A DNA stretch of 64,000 bases. Source: Macrostomum lignano (lineage: Eukaryota). The notes beneath the pieces are model-generated. The model saw nothing but the letters and a program-made list of their open reading frames with translations. It was not told the DNA's origin and did not search any database. The stretch lies in the NCBI GenBank assembly GCA_002269645.1, contig NIVC01002093.1:62001-126000 (forward strand), written 5' to 3'. Position numbers and translations under genes: made by a program. Shown here in pieces: positions 28,911-41,043 of this stretch. The number at the start of each line of letters is the position of its first letter. Position 1 is the first letter of the stretch.

Positions 28911-31900
28911 TCATTCGTCACCGGTGGTACTACTGACACCATTTGAGTCTTTGTCATGTGCGTCATTGGCGTTTTTATTGCCTAAACCGATGCGTGCCTC
29001 TAGTAGATTTACATAGACATTCGTATAGACCAATTCAAAACCTCGTGCGCTATGTAAATCATCCCGGGCGTTAATTAAATCCATCATTTGAACACGTGGA
29101 TGATAAGCATCTAGGACAATTCGGTCCAGCTCTGTATCAATCCGACTGCTGCAGTCGCCGAGAATAACTCGCATGTTGCAATACAGTCTGTAAATAATTA
29201 ATTGATAATTACACTAGAAATTAATTAATGACACAGACAGATATGTTTGTAATTCAACTGATCATTCATCTGCGTCTTACCTGATTCGATCGAGCCGAAT
29301 ACTAACAGTTGCCGGGTTGTTGACCATAGGTGGGCTTGTCTCGGTCACATTGGCGCCAGTGGATCTACACATGTATGTGAAGACATCTCGCCAGTTTGAT
29401 ACCCGAGTGTTAGCCCATACAACTAGGTCCACCAATTGACGCATCTCCATATCAGAGGCGACAAAGTTGTACGCGTTGCCGGATATTAACATTTGGTGTT
29501 GCGCAACAACTGCGCTGTGCATAACATACAACGCGCGCCAGATGTTAAACACAAATCTATGATCGTTACAAGTAGTCTATATGATACACACTATGTATGT
29601 AATTTTACGGGAAATCGTATGTATTATATAATAACAATACAAAACAACCCAGTGGGAAATTCTGGTACGCCCAAGGGTGCGCAGACCGCGGCGCCCGGTG
29701 GCCTGTGGCCGGTAGCGGGGCGCACTCTTTGTCCAGTCGGGGCGCCGGCCTTATACCCGGCGCCCGGTGGACTGCCCAATAAATTAAGGCAAGAATTGGT
29801 TTACTCTACTAACAGTAGTATGCAGGGCTTTTATTGATATATTTTGCTCTGGCAGCAGCCTAGCTTTCTGGTTGTTTCAAAATTGAATTTATTTCCAAAT
29901 AATTTTCAGAGCTATCTGATTTTTTTAAGCAATTGTCTCTTCCATTATAAATTTAAACAACCTTGCTGCTACCTGCTTACGAAGTTTGCCTTTTGTAAAT
30001 TTTTTTGCAGTTCTTTAGAAAATTAGTTTGAGTCTATGAATGAAATCGAATAAGAAACTTAAATGTAATGAAATTTGAATTTATTTAGCGAAGTTAAATG
30101 GAACTGATATTAAAACACAATATTAGAACGAAAAATAGTTAAGTTTTTGGCAACAAAGGTGTTGAAAGAATGTCAGTTTTAAAATCATTTTGACAGCATT
30201 TACTCGTAAAATACGTGCTCTCATAATTAGAAGATTTTAAATAACCAGTCTTGATCGGTTTTCGAACAACTCAGTTTTGGTCGATCTTGCTTAACGGCTC
30301 AGTTTTGCTTTGGCTTCCAAATTCTTTTGATTGGAGCTCCTTTCTGCGCCGCTGGCGCTTCTCGCTGATAGTCATTGTGTGACATTAGTTTGCATGCACA
30401 ATCTCTGATTTATTTAGCTTAGCAATCATAGTATTCATGTTCATTATTCAGTTTAGACACGTTTTTACTCACTAGCAAAAAGAAGTGAATGGCTGTGTTT
30501 TGCACGGCGCTGCCAGAAGCGGGACTTTGAGTCGCTGCACCAAAGACCGTCTTTGCGGGACTTTGAGTCGCTGCCACCAAAGACCGTCTTTGCACGGCGC
30601 TGCCAGAAGCGGGACTTTGAGTCGCTGCCACCAAAGACCGTCTTTGCACGGCGCTGCCAGAAGCGGGGCTTGGAGTCGCTGCCACCAAGACTGTCTTTGT
30701 ACGGCGCTGCCAGAAGCGGGGCTTGGAGTCGCTGCCACCAGAGACTGTCTTTGTACGGCGCTGCCAGAAGCGGGGCTTGGAGTCGCTGCCACCAGAGACT
30801 GTCTTTGTACGGCGCTGCCAGAAGCGGGGCTTGGAGTCGCTGCCACCAGAGACTGTCTTTGTACGGCGCTGCCAGAAGCGGGGCTTGGAGTCGCTGCCAC
30901 CAGAGACTGTCTTTGTACGGCGCTGCCAGAAGCGGGGCTTGGAGTCGCTGCCACCAGAGACTGTCTTTGTACGGCGCTGCAGAAGCGGGACTTTGAGTCG
31001 CTGCCACCAGAGACTGTCTTTGTACGGCGCTGCCAGAAGCGGGGCTTGGAGTCGCTGCCACCAGAGACTGTCTTTGTACGGCGCTGTCAGAAGCGGGGCT
31101 TTGAGTCTGGACTCCGGAAAGCAGCTGGCTTCCTGTGCGATGCGACCGCCCCTTTAATCGGTCACCGCCATGCTTTAGCTGCTGTCTGCAAGTATTTCTT
31201 ACAGATTGTTCAGAGGGCCTGCCGGCTTCAGCGGTCGCGCCATAGATGAATGTGATTGCTTCTGTTAGGAAAAAAGTTGAAAGTTACTATGAATAGCATG
31301 CACTGTGCTCGACTAATTTCTTGATATTTAGCTCTAAAAGTCTCATTGAACGTTGATTAAGTAGACTTACTTTGGAAATGGCTGAGCAGAGTGCTCTGAA
31401 ATCCAAGCTGCGCATCAGTAAGGTTGGTCGCAACTCCAGCAGCAACAGCTCGGCTTCGCATGTCTGACCCGATTAAATTAATAACCGCCTGCATCTCTTT
31501 CGACAAGCTCTCGTTAAGCATTGCCATTAAAGCATCGGACCACTTGTCTCGCTTGCATGAACGTAGCAGGCTCTTCTGTTTAGATTTTTACAGGTGAGAA
31601 TACTTATAGATTATTATTTCAGTGATAGTACTAGTGCGCTTTGAGTAGTAGTTAGAGCATTTCTTCTAATGAAAAGAAAATAAAAAGGTTCCAAAAAGCG
31701 TAGCACGCTCTGCACTTCAGTGCGCATTGCGGTGATTTGTTTGGTCAAACTATTTTCTAATGCTTTCAATTCATTCTTGCGCATAGTAAGTTCGCGTAGG
31801 GCATATAAGGACAGAAACTTGATGCCTCTTGGACTTTCCAGCTCAAAGCTAACACCGGCTTGGATCTGCTCTTCTAGTTTTCTAAGAAAGCCAGAACCAA

Positions 31901-34900
31901 AATTAAAAGATGAAATGGTGGGAGGCGACTTAGGAATCGTCGATCGATCATCTGCTACGAACTCAGCTTCTATTTCAGCTTCCGCCTCAGCTTCCACCTC
32001 AGCTCCCATCTCAGCTTCCACCTCAGCTTCCGCCTCAGCTTCCGCCTCAGCTCCCATCTCAGCTTCCACCTCAGCTCCGATCTCAGCTTCCACCTCATCT
32101 TCCGCTTCAGCTTCCGCCTCAGCTTCCACTTCAGCTTCCGCCTCAGCTTCCGCCTCAGCTTCCATATCGGCGTCTACGCCAGCTTCTGCTTCATCATCAC
32201 TAATAGGAGGCATTGGCGCTAACTGTGCAATCGTAGGCGGATGTTGTTTAGGCAGCAAAGCTGGAGGTTGCAAACAGCGGCTGCTCTTATCTTCGAAGAT
32301 TGCCTCGGAATCGGTGGCTGAGCCGTCTGACAGATTCTGTTTGGGATGGTTACGGCATGAGAAATTATCAAGTTAATGTCAGTTTTAAAGATTATTTTCA
32401 CATTTAATTTCTTCCCTTTTCTTAAAAAATAGTTTAAAAGGTAAAACGGAGAAAACAAAGTTCTCGATAAAAATTATATGGGCTGTGCTTAATTTTACCT
32501 TAGTCTGGTAATGCCTTCGTGCTTTCTTCATGTCACGCTCCTGAAAGACTCTGGGTTGAACCAACTCGAGAATTCGGTTCAGTCGGGTCTTTTTGGCCAC
32601 CAATTCACGCACAAAGCGGAAGCTCCCAGGCTCTAGGTTGTTGCTTAGTATTACCTTTAAATTAATGAGAAAATATGAGCGTACAAATATTAGATCGATT
32701 CAAGAATTTTAACATTTCAATCGTTGGGATCGGTTGCTTACCTGAATAATTAGAGCAGAGTAAAAACAGCCTTCATACAAGGCTTCACACTTCCACTTCT
32801 CAGTGGAGTCCCTCTTTTCTAACCATTCCTCTTCCTTAAGGTTTTGAAAGCCTTCAGGAAGCTTCACTTCGCTTTCCGAGACCTCAACAATTTGACGGTC
32901 GTCTTTAAAGATCACTAAAAACTTCATTGTAGCATGCAGACTAGACTATGCTAGTGCAAAACTGAGTACCAAATAAAGCAAGAGTTTGGAGCTCACACTA
33001 TAGTTTATGCTTATTTAATGATTCAGTGGTTTAGGTTGCTTCTAGAAGCAATTGTCTTCTATAGTTCTTCGAATGAAAAAGGCCGCCCTGGCTTTTCCAA
33101 TTTCATTGGCCCTACCGTCCCCGCATCCATACCTGTCCAATCAGCGCGCACAAACCCCCAAAGGAATAGTTTTCAATTCTTCCCAGCTTTTGTTCATATC
33201 CTTTCTTTAATACGAAATAAGCAATCGTAGTAATTACTTTATTATTATTACAACAGTCAACTATCATCAAAGTCTGATTCGGACGAAAACAATGACAAGG
33301 CAATTGAGGCGACAAGCAAATAAGGATTTGCTGGGCTTGTTCATGGAAGGAGAACAAGAAGCTTTGGAAGACATCGCACTGCAAGAGAAAAAAAGAAAAG
33401 TATTCGAAGCAGATGATTCTGGGAGAGTCGCCGGTTTCATCGCTTCGGAGTCCTCTGTAGCAGAAGTCAATGAAGGTACGGATCCAGATCTTGACAACGA
33501 CAATGGCAGCTATCCTGATTTTGACGAGTTCGCGCGAGTTTGCAGCGATGAAGATGAGGAGATTGACAAGAAAGAGGATGACCGCTCTTTAGAAGATAAA
33601 ATATTCGCCTTGCTGGTAGTCTACTTTTCTTGTTTCAACCTAAGTCGTGGATCTAAAAAATTCCTTGTTGATGGTCTAAGAGACATAGGCTTGCCTGCGC
33701 CGAAGTCTGTCAACTCTATTGAGGCCGTCATCAATGCTGGCGATCCAACGGAAAAATTGGAGCCCATGGGAAAAGGCCATTTTCGCTACATTTCGATTCT
33801 GAAAAATCTAGAACTAATGTTTCGCAAAAACCAGCTGCACATGAAGCCAGAATATCTACAACACGATAGTGAAACTGAGAAGGTTTACAAAATTGAAGCC
33901 ATCGTTAATTTTGACGGCTTGCCTTTGTACCGAGCAAGCCACTTCGGTCTTTGGCCCATACTTATGTCTATTCCCAGCATATTCAGCAGACCTTTTCCAG
34001 TAGCCGTATGGGCTGGTTGTGGCAAGCCACCTCTGAATGATTATCTTCGACAATTTTGCGACGAGGCTAAACGTTTTCTTACGGGTCCAATAAAAATTAT
34101 CGAAAATTTAAGCATCAGCTTCTCGACTATCCGATTTGTTTGCGATGCGCCTGCTCGAGCCTGGGTCTCAGTAACTCAAGGGCACATGTCGTACGTCGGT
34201 TGCATGTACTGCAGGGCTACTGGACCTTATACCGACAACAGAGTAACATTTTCAACGAGCGTCGGGGAGTCTCGTAGCAGCCAACAATACCGAGAGGGAA
34301 AGGAGTCTAACCAGGAAAATAAAAAAATCGCTCTATCGCCCCTTCTAAATTTGCCTAACATTAGTTTTGTCGATGCTTTTCCCCCTGACTACCAGCATGC
34401 CGTATGCCTTGGAGTCACAAGGAAGCTATTTTACCTATTTTTCGACAAATCTAATGGCAAGAAGTGTCTCGTCTATCCCGGTCCGATGAGCCTATTGGGC
34501 GACCGAATTACTATGGCTGCCGGTTGGACACCTTCAAACTTTCAACGAAGACCCCGGAAAATCGACTTGGAACTGAAGCACATGAAGGCTACTGAATTCA
34601 GACAGTACTTGCTGTACCTAGGACCTGTCCTCTTCAAAGGCATTTTAAATGAAGAAAGGTATAACCACTTTCTTTACCTCCATTTCGCCATTTACGCATA
34701 CTCCAACGAAAGGTACTCCAAGTGGTGGACGCAGGCAAAAACTTGCATTGAAGTTTTTGTTGAACGGGCTGCCCACCTTTACGGCCAGAAGTTTATAAGT
34801 TTCAATCTTCACACTATTCTTCATTTGGATGAGTTTGTCCGAAAGCTAGGCAGTTTAAACAACTTTTCGACTTTCCCTTTCGAAAACTTTCTTGGATCTG

Positions 34901-37900
34901 TAAAGCGCCGCGTAAAGGTGACAAGGCACATGGCAGCGCATTCAGTTAAGCAGGTGCTCAGAGTTCGCGATCTTCTGTTGAATGAGCAGCGAATTCCACC
35001 GTTGAAATTCAGCACAAAGCGAGGTGATAATTGTTGCATAATCGACAAAGTATGCGTCCTAATCGAAGCTGTAAGTGAAGCTAATCAAGTCACTGGCAGG
35101 ATTTTACACCCAGTTGACAACATCTACGCCAACCCATATCCATCTTTGCGTCTGGGAATCGGCTTGTACAGGATGACATCTGGTGTTCTAACTGGCACAC
35201 CTGAGCGAAAGTGCTGGATTTTGCCTGCGAATCTGCTTGCCAATCTTGCTGGAGCGGACAGGGATCCAGCAAGCCATTTTTTTGTCATTCCTCTGACAGG
35301 TGACTCCGAGGAGGCCTGATGTAGGACGCGTGAGTCGCAAGTGAGTACTAAAAATATCTTTCTCTGGTTTTTTATATCAATCCGATTTCCTTCTATCTCG
35401 ATTCTCGTATTCCCTGTATTCTGCAATTCTGCAATTTCTTCCTGTATATGTTCTCAGCTTCAACACGCAGACATGATTGTAGATTGTGAGTTAAATATTA
35501 GTATATTACGATGCATACTCGATCGCAACTGCCATTTTATCTTTACTTTTAGGATCCGCAGTTTCACGAGTTTACTACAAGCCTGGCGATCGGTCATTCA
35601 TGAACTGGAGTTATTTTAGAGACTGATTATATTGATTCTATCTTTATTGTTTACATTCTTGAACCCTAGAATTAGGTACAGCTTAAAATTCGGTGTTATA
35701 GAGGCCGGAGGGGTAATTTAGCTCAAAACTGTGTAGGAGGGGTGGAGGGGCCGGAAACTTAGTGGGAGGTGATGCCGCTGTATGTGGCTGAAATGGGGGA
35801 TTTATTTTCTTAAACCCCAGTATACGAGTATGAAATACTAATGGTATTGTATACAGTATTCCTACCTCCAATTCAAGCCAACAGAATTTTTGTAATATTT
35901 TACTTATCCCATTGATAATAATCAACTAGCTGCACAACTGTAATTTCCATCTGTTACCATCTGGTTTTACTTTTAAGCACATATAAAATGCTATGAATAT
36001 TTTCTTTCTTTTGCTGGCACCTATTTTAGGTCAGATCGAATCAATACTTTCCGTATCAAAGTATTTATGTGTTTATGCTAGGTTGTAACTTATAAAATAT
36101 ATATATATATATATATAGTTCAGACCTTGTCAAGCCTCGCACGAAATTCGTCTTTGTTCTTCCTTTATCTTTGGTGCAATATGGGAATAGAAAAAACTTG
36201 ATGACCTGCACTGATAAGGAGTCAGGACAGTTTGTTTGTTTCGCATAGGTTCGCTTAAGCAGGCAAGAACGGTACAACGTAGAAATTCCCATATCACTTC
36301 TCTAGCCTTTCTTCTAACCCCCCCCCACCCAACTGAAATGAATTGGCCAAAATTAGCTGTCACCTCTAGGTTAAAATAATTCCTTGCATTGCCCTGTCAT
36401 TACGGGTTATTGCCACTGGCCAGGAAATTCAAAACATTTTTCTAAGAGCAACTCAAAATGAGTAAGCTTTATACAGGCTATAATTGATGAGAGATTTCTG
36501 TTAATGAGAGATAAAGCCCACACGGGTTTTATTGATGTCGGGTTGTAAAAGACGATCGCAAATAGAGAACAATATAGCGAGAATATTCAAGCTGGCGGAC
36601 GTGCGCCGAGCTATAATTTTCTGTTAACTCGGGGATTCAGTAAGACTAGAATAATTGAGTGGCAAAAACTGTCATGAGAACGCAAAGGCACTTTGAAACC
36701 TTTATGATTCAGTGGATTTATTCATCCGGAAAAATGACAAGGCGGGGGTTAGATTGTTATTTATTCATGACCTGTCCCATTTGAGCTCTGACCGCCTCTG
36801 AATATGAAAACTGAGAAAATATCTATGTCTATGTATCCCTCCTTATCAAAATGTGACTGAGTGACTGTGCCCTACTCGTAATCGGGGAGATAAATGAAGG
36901 GGAGACAGGGGAGACAGTCTCCTATCTCCAATCTCCCATGTCTCTTATTTGCCATTATGCAGTTAACTGGGCCCGTCATGCATAGCCTACTGCAGGCTGC
37001 AGGGGTCAGCAAACTCCAGCCCACGGGCCACATGCGGCCCGCAGTCTCTCTATCCAGCCCTCGGGTCCTTTCTAACTTCCCATGCCAATAACAATCCAGC
37101 CCGCTCAAGGTTTGCATCTCTTCTCAGCTTTTTTGCTAATTTCTTCTCCTTTTCTCATCAAAATCTCCCCTCTCTCCTCCTTTCCCCTCTTTCCTTGCTC
37201 CCAGTGGCGCAACCAGGGGGGGGGGGGGGGGGCGGTCCCCCCCCTTAGGCGGAGACCCAGAAAAAATTGAAGGGGGGACCAAGCGAATTTTCGCCAAAAA
37301 CAGAGCCTCCCCTCCGCCCCCTCCCTCACGGGACTTTACCTTCCAGAATCCGCCCCCCCCCTCAAAAAATTTCTGGTTGCCCTACTGCTTGCTCCCTTCC
37401 TCTGACATCTCTCCTTTCGCCTCTCTCCTCTCTCCCTTTATCTCCCTTCTTTCTCTCATCTCGCCTCTCTCCTCTCTTCCCTCCTCTCACATCTCACATC
37501 TCTCCCCTCTCCCCTCCACTCTCCTCCTTCTGGCCCGCAGTCTTGAGCTAGATTCTCTATCTGGCACTTAAAGTAAAATAGTTAGCCAATCCCTCGCAAG
37601 GAATTTCGATCATTACAATGAGCAAAAGTTGACATTAACAAAATTTTGGCGGGCGCGTTGTGCCAAGCCTGAACAGCTTCTCTAGACAGCACTCTGTGCT
37701 CTCCAGAATTACTTGAACTGTTAGCAGTGGCGCAAGCAGAATTTCTTATGTGGGGGGGGGGCGGATTCTGAAGGGTAAAGACCCAAGGGGGCGGAGGGGT
37801 GGCTCTGTATTTTGGCAAAAATGCGCTTGGTCCCCCTTTAATACAGCTTGGCAAACCTGATTGATTTTCCGGGATTTCCCCTGTCCTAGTTGTATTTCTC

Positions 37901-39618
37901 TAAAATTCTGGAAGATAAATCGAGATTCTAGATAATAGCTGCATCTAAGATTAGTTTGTTTTGCTATCGCATTGTACCGTACAATTAATTATTGAAAATT
38001 TTAAACCTTTGCTGGCATACGCATATGTTATCTTTGACCTTACCTGTTGTTTAATAGGTAAATTATTACTGTATGGAGGTACATGTAGATATAGGCATTT
38101 TGACTGTCAACTGTCCACCCCATACAAGCATACGGCTTTCAAATAATTATGCAACCTTGTGCAAGGGTATGCCGCCTACTTACATGTAAAACTTTGAAAT
38201 GAGTATTTATTTACGCCACTATCCAAGGGGGGGGGGGCGCGGCCGCGGGAGACCGACAGCGGAGACCGCCACAATTTGCCCGCCAGACAATTTGCCCGCC
38301 AGACAATTTGCCCGCCAGACAATTTGCCCGCCAGACAATTTGCCCGCCAGACAATTTGCCCGCCAGACAATTTGCCCGCCAGAAAATTTGCCCGCCAGAC
38401 AATTTGCCCGCCAGACAATTTGCCCGCCAGACAATTTGCCCGCCAGACAATTTGCCCGCCAGACAATTTGCCCGCCAGACAATTTGCCCGCCAGACAATT
38501 TGCCCGCCAGACAATTTGCCCGCCAGACAATTTGCCCGCCAGACAATTTGCCCGCCAGACAATTTGCCCGCCAGACAATTTGCCCGCCAGACAATTTGCC
38601 CGCCAGACAATTTGCCCGCCAGACAATTTGCCCGCCAGACAATTTGCCCGCCAGACAATTTGCCCGCCAGACAATTTGCCCGCCAGACAATTTGCCCGCC
38701 AGACAATTTGCCCGCCAGACAATTTTCCCGCCGCCCTATTTCACCTTGAATAGAACGGCGATCAAATTGTGGCGGTCAAATGTACTCGTAGATGTAGTAG
38801 ACCCGGCGGCCGCCCCCTTTGCCATGGCTGGACTTGCATATAAGGGGGGTAAATTTTGAGCTTACTTTGGCTTTTTAGACCAAAACAAAAATTTGGGCAA
38901 ATCTGCCCCCACTACTTTAAAAATCCTGAATTGACCACCAAATCGGACTCATCTAAATGAAAACTTAAGAATACAAGCAACATTGTACATGCGCTAGTGC
39001 TTAAGTAGTGGAGTATTAAAAAATATATTTTTTGTTGCGTTGATTTCGAAGATCAAAAGGTATTACTTATAAGTAGGTAGGCTAAAACGCACACTTTTGC
39101 GTTCACATCCAATTTCTGAAGTGTATGAAACTCAGAAAAATTTGCACGAGTCGCCTATACCCCACTTTGGAGCTTGCAGCAATTTTTCAAAGAGATGGCT
39201 GCTCAAAGGGTTAAAAGTTCAAGTTAGCTGTAGTATGAGGATTGGTCAATGCAAATAAATAATGAGCTCATTATACAAGAAAATAATTAATAAGGATATC
39301 AATAGTTCGCCCCACTGTCCACTGCACGTACTGAAAGGCGTACTGTCAGGTTCGAGCACAAAAACACCCGAAACTAAAAAAATCAACTTTAAAAATTCTG
39401 CTCTTTACATAATTTCCTCACAAAAATATTTCATACGTACAAAGAAGAAAACCTACAAACTTTTATCTTGCGGGATGGGGCGTACCCTTGAGGGCCGCCG
39501 GGGCGCCGGCCTAGAGGGTACGCCCCAATTTTTCTAACCACTGGGAAACTCACGTTATTGGTGTTTCTATGTAAACTCCGTTACCATCACGTTCGACTAA
39601 TTCAGGCAGCGACGACAT
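28911..39618 (-). CDS. Helical-hairpin family gene H1 (205 aa): exons 39618-39554, 29556-29281, 29187-28911; intron 1 holds the CACTA element
   Basis: MSSLPELVERDGNGVYIETPIT|gtgagt; tag|A FVFN IWRAL...WRDVF...IR|gtaaga; acag|A LYCN MRVIL...AYHP. Both introns phase 2 and the joined frame is open. Confidence 0.75.
30419..32927 (-). CDS. Multi-exon companion gene of the CACTA element (BEN/DUF4806-like helical domain, EAEA low-complexity, C-terminal 18-aa repeats)
   Basis: Exon 1 32927-32742 (MKFLVIFKDD...LIIQ|gtaagc). Further GT-AG-bounded exons at approximately 32655-32500, 32340-31700, 31580-31375 (KWSDALMAMLNESLSKEMQAVINLIG) and 31260-30420 (SVRNTCRQQLKHGGDRLKGR then ATPSPASGSAVQRQSLVA repeats). 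Confidence 0.55.
30500..31100. repeat. 54-bp minisatellite, ~10 copies
   Basis: ctgtctttgt recurs at 30691, 30745 and 30799. Confidence 0.92.
33292..35319 (+). CDS. EnSpm/CACTA-type transposase (675 aa)
   Basis: NFDGLPLY...WPIL, FVCDAPARAW..TQGH..YVGCMYC, DYQHAVCLGV, KATEFRQYLLY, FNLHTILHL, FPFENFLG. Confidence 0.92.
   Translation: MTRQLRRQANKDLLGLFMEGEQEALEDIALQEKKRKVFEADDSGRVAGFIASESSVAEVNEGTDPDLDNDNGSYPDFDEFARVCSDEDEEIDKKEDDRSLEDKIFALLVVYFSCFNLSRGSKKFLVDGLRDIGLPAPKSVNSIEAVINAGDPTEKLEPMGKGHFRYISILKNLELMFRKNQLHMKPEYLQHDSETEKVYKIEAIVNFDGLPLYRASHFGLWPILMSIPSIFSRPFPVAVWAGCGKPPLNDYLRQFCDEAKRFLTGPIKIIENLSISFSTIRFVCDAPARAWVSVTQGHMSYVGCMYCRATGPYTDNRVTFSTSVGESRSSQQYREGKESNQENKKIALSPLLNLPNISFVDAFPPDYQHAVCLGVTRKLFYLFFDKSNGKKCLVYPGPMSLLGDRITMAAGWTPSNFQRRPRKIDLELKHMKATEFRQYLLYLGPVLFKGILNEERYNHFLYLHFAIYAYSNERYSKWWTQAKTCIEVFVERAAHLYGQKFISFNLHTILHLDEFVRKLGSLNNFSTFPFENFLGSVKRRVKVTRHMAAHSVKQVLRVRDLLLNEQRIPPLKFSTKRGDNCCIIDKVCVLIEAVSEANQVTGRILHPVDNIYANPYPSLRLGIGLYRMTSGVLTGTPERKCWILPANLLANLAGADRDPASHFFVIPLTGDSEEA
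38264..38777. mobile_element. MITE-like element: 15-bp perfect TIR GACCGCCACAATTTG around a 16-bp satellite (caatttgcccgccaga, ~28 copies)
   Basis: TIRs at 38264-38278 and 38763-38777; no TSD evident. Confidence 0.65.
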
Positions 39619-40099
39619 TATGTGTGGATAATAAATATGAAACTATAGATGTATTAATACGAGAGCTATGCTTTATTAGATTTTACTAGCTTACAGAATG
39701 AATATAAAAATTAAGCTAGCTTTGTATTAAAGCGTGATGTGTCTCCTTCAGAATCTGCAAATAGTCTATGTGCGAAACCCAGCTGCTTCTATTTTTGGAT
39801 CAGTTTATAATCTCCTACCATACCTTTTAACACAAGAGACTTTTAACCGACTTATTATCCCTTGTGTGAACTGGCCGGGATCAGCAATTGCGGCTATCTA
39901 TATGGGTGACGTAGCTGGTTAAAAATCTCCGACTGTCGTCTTTGCTCATTGGATTGTTGCTGATTAAAAATCTCTGAAATCATGTACACGCAAATCAAAC
40001 TCGTGTGATTATGTTTCACATGGATTAATTTCGTACTTTCATACTTTCACACTTTCACACAAATCAAGTTATGACGGATCCGTTATGCACAACTCAGTT

Positions 40100-40921
40100 T
40101 TTTATCAGTTTTTGGTCAGTTTATTTTCATATAGCTCTCATTTTTTATCGGTTTGGCCCCGCACACCTCAGTCTTGATCGGCTTGGCCTCGAACAACTCA
40201 GTTTTGATCGGCATCTTGTTACACGGCTCAGTTTTGGTCAGTTTGGCTTCACACAATTCAATTTTGATCGGAGCTCCGTTTCACGCAGCTCAGTTTTGGT
40301 CAGCTTGGCCTCGCACAGCTCATTTGTGGTCAGCTTAGTTTCACACAACTCTGTTTTGGTCAGCTTGGCCTCGCACAGCTCAGTTATGGTCAGCTTAGTT
40401 TCACACAACTCCGTTTTGGTCAGCTTGGCCTCGCACAGCTCAGTTATGGTCAGCTTAGTTTCACACGGATCTGTTTTGGTCAGCTTGGCAATTTGGGCAG
40501 TTCGGTTTCACAGAACTCAATTTTGGGTAGATTGGTCTCATGCATCTTAAATTTGGGCAGCTTGGCTTCACACAACTCCAATTTGGACAGCTTGACTTCA
40601 CACAGCCCAACTTTGGGCAGGTTTGGCTTAACACAACTCAATTTGGACAGGTTGGCTTCACACAACTCAAATTTGGACAAATTGGCTTCACACAACCCAA
40701 CTTTGTGCAGATTTGGCTTCTCACAGCTTAAAACTGGGCATTTTGGCTTCAGACAACTCAATTTTGGACAGATTGGCTTCGTGCAACTCTATTCTGTTTG
40801 GATTTGTTTCACATGAGTAAATTTCTGGTATTTTCGTTTCACAGCACTGAACTCCGTGTAGATATGCTTCAAATGACTCAATTTCGATAAAGTTTTGCTT
40901 CGCATAAACCAACGTGAGCAT
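40100..40921 (-). pseudogene. Decayed pentapeptide-repeat protein gene
   Basis: ATG at 40921. 5-residue periodicity ANLSK FELCE ... AKLPK FKMHE TNLPK IEFCE, then AKLTK TELCE repeats; stops and frameshifts near 40720 and 40480. Confidence 0.6.
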
Positions 40922-41043
40922 TTTTACTTAGTAAACTTTATATTATCAACAATATAAGAATACGACGTTAAACAAAGTTATAAAAGAATCGCGATTCTTG
41001 TTTATTAATTAACAACACAATGGCAGATGGTGATAGCTCGTAC

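Larger units (their letters stand above)
29648..39545 (+). mobile_element. EnSpm/CACTA (CMC superfamily) DNA transposon, 9898 bp, CCCAGTGG termini, 2-bp AA TSD
   Basis: aa|CCCAGTGG at 29648 and CCACTGGG|aa ending at 39545, with GC-rich subterminal regions. Contains the transposase; removing it restores a normal intron in H1. Confidence 0.85.

Noticed and set aside
36990-38230. hAT-like MITE ends (cagggg..., cagtggcgca...)
   Set aside because: Fragments look transposon-like, but I could not pair termini or find TSDs.
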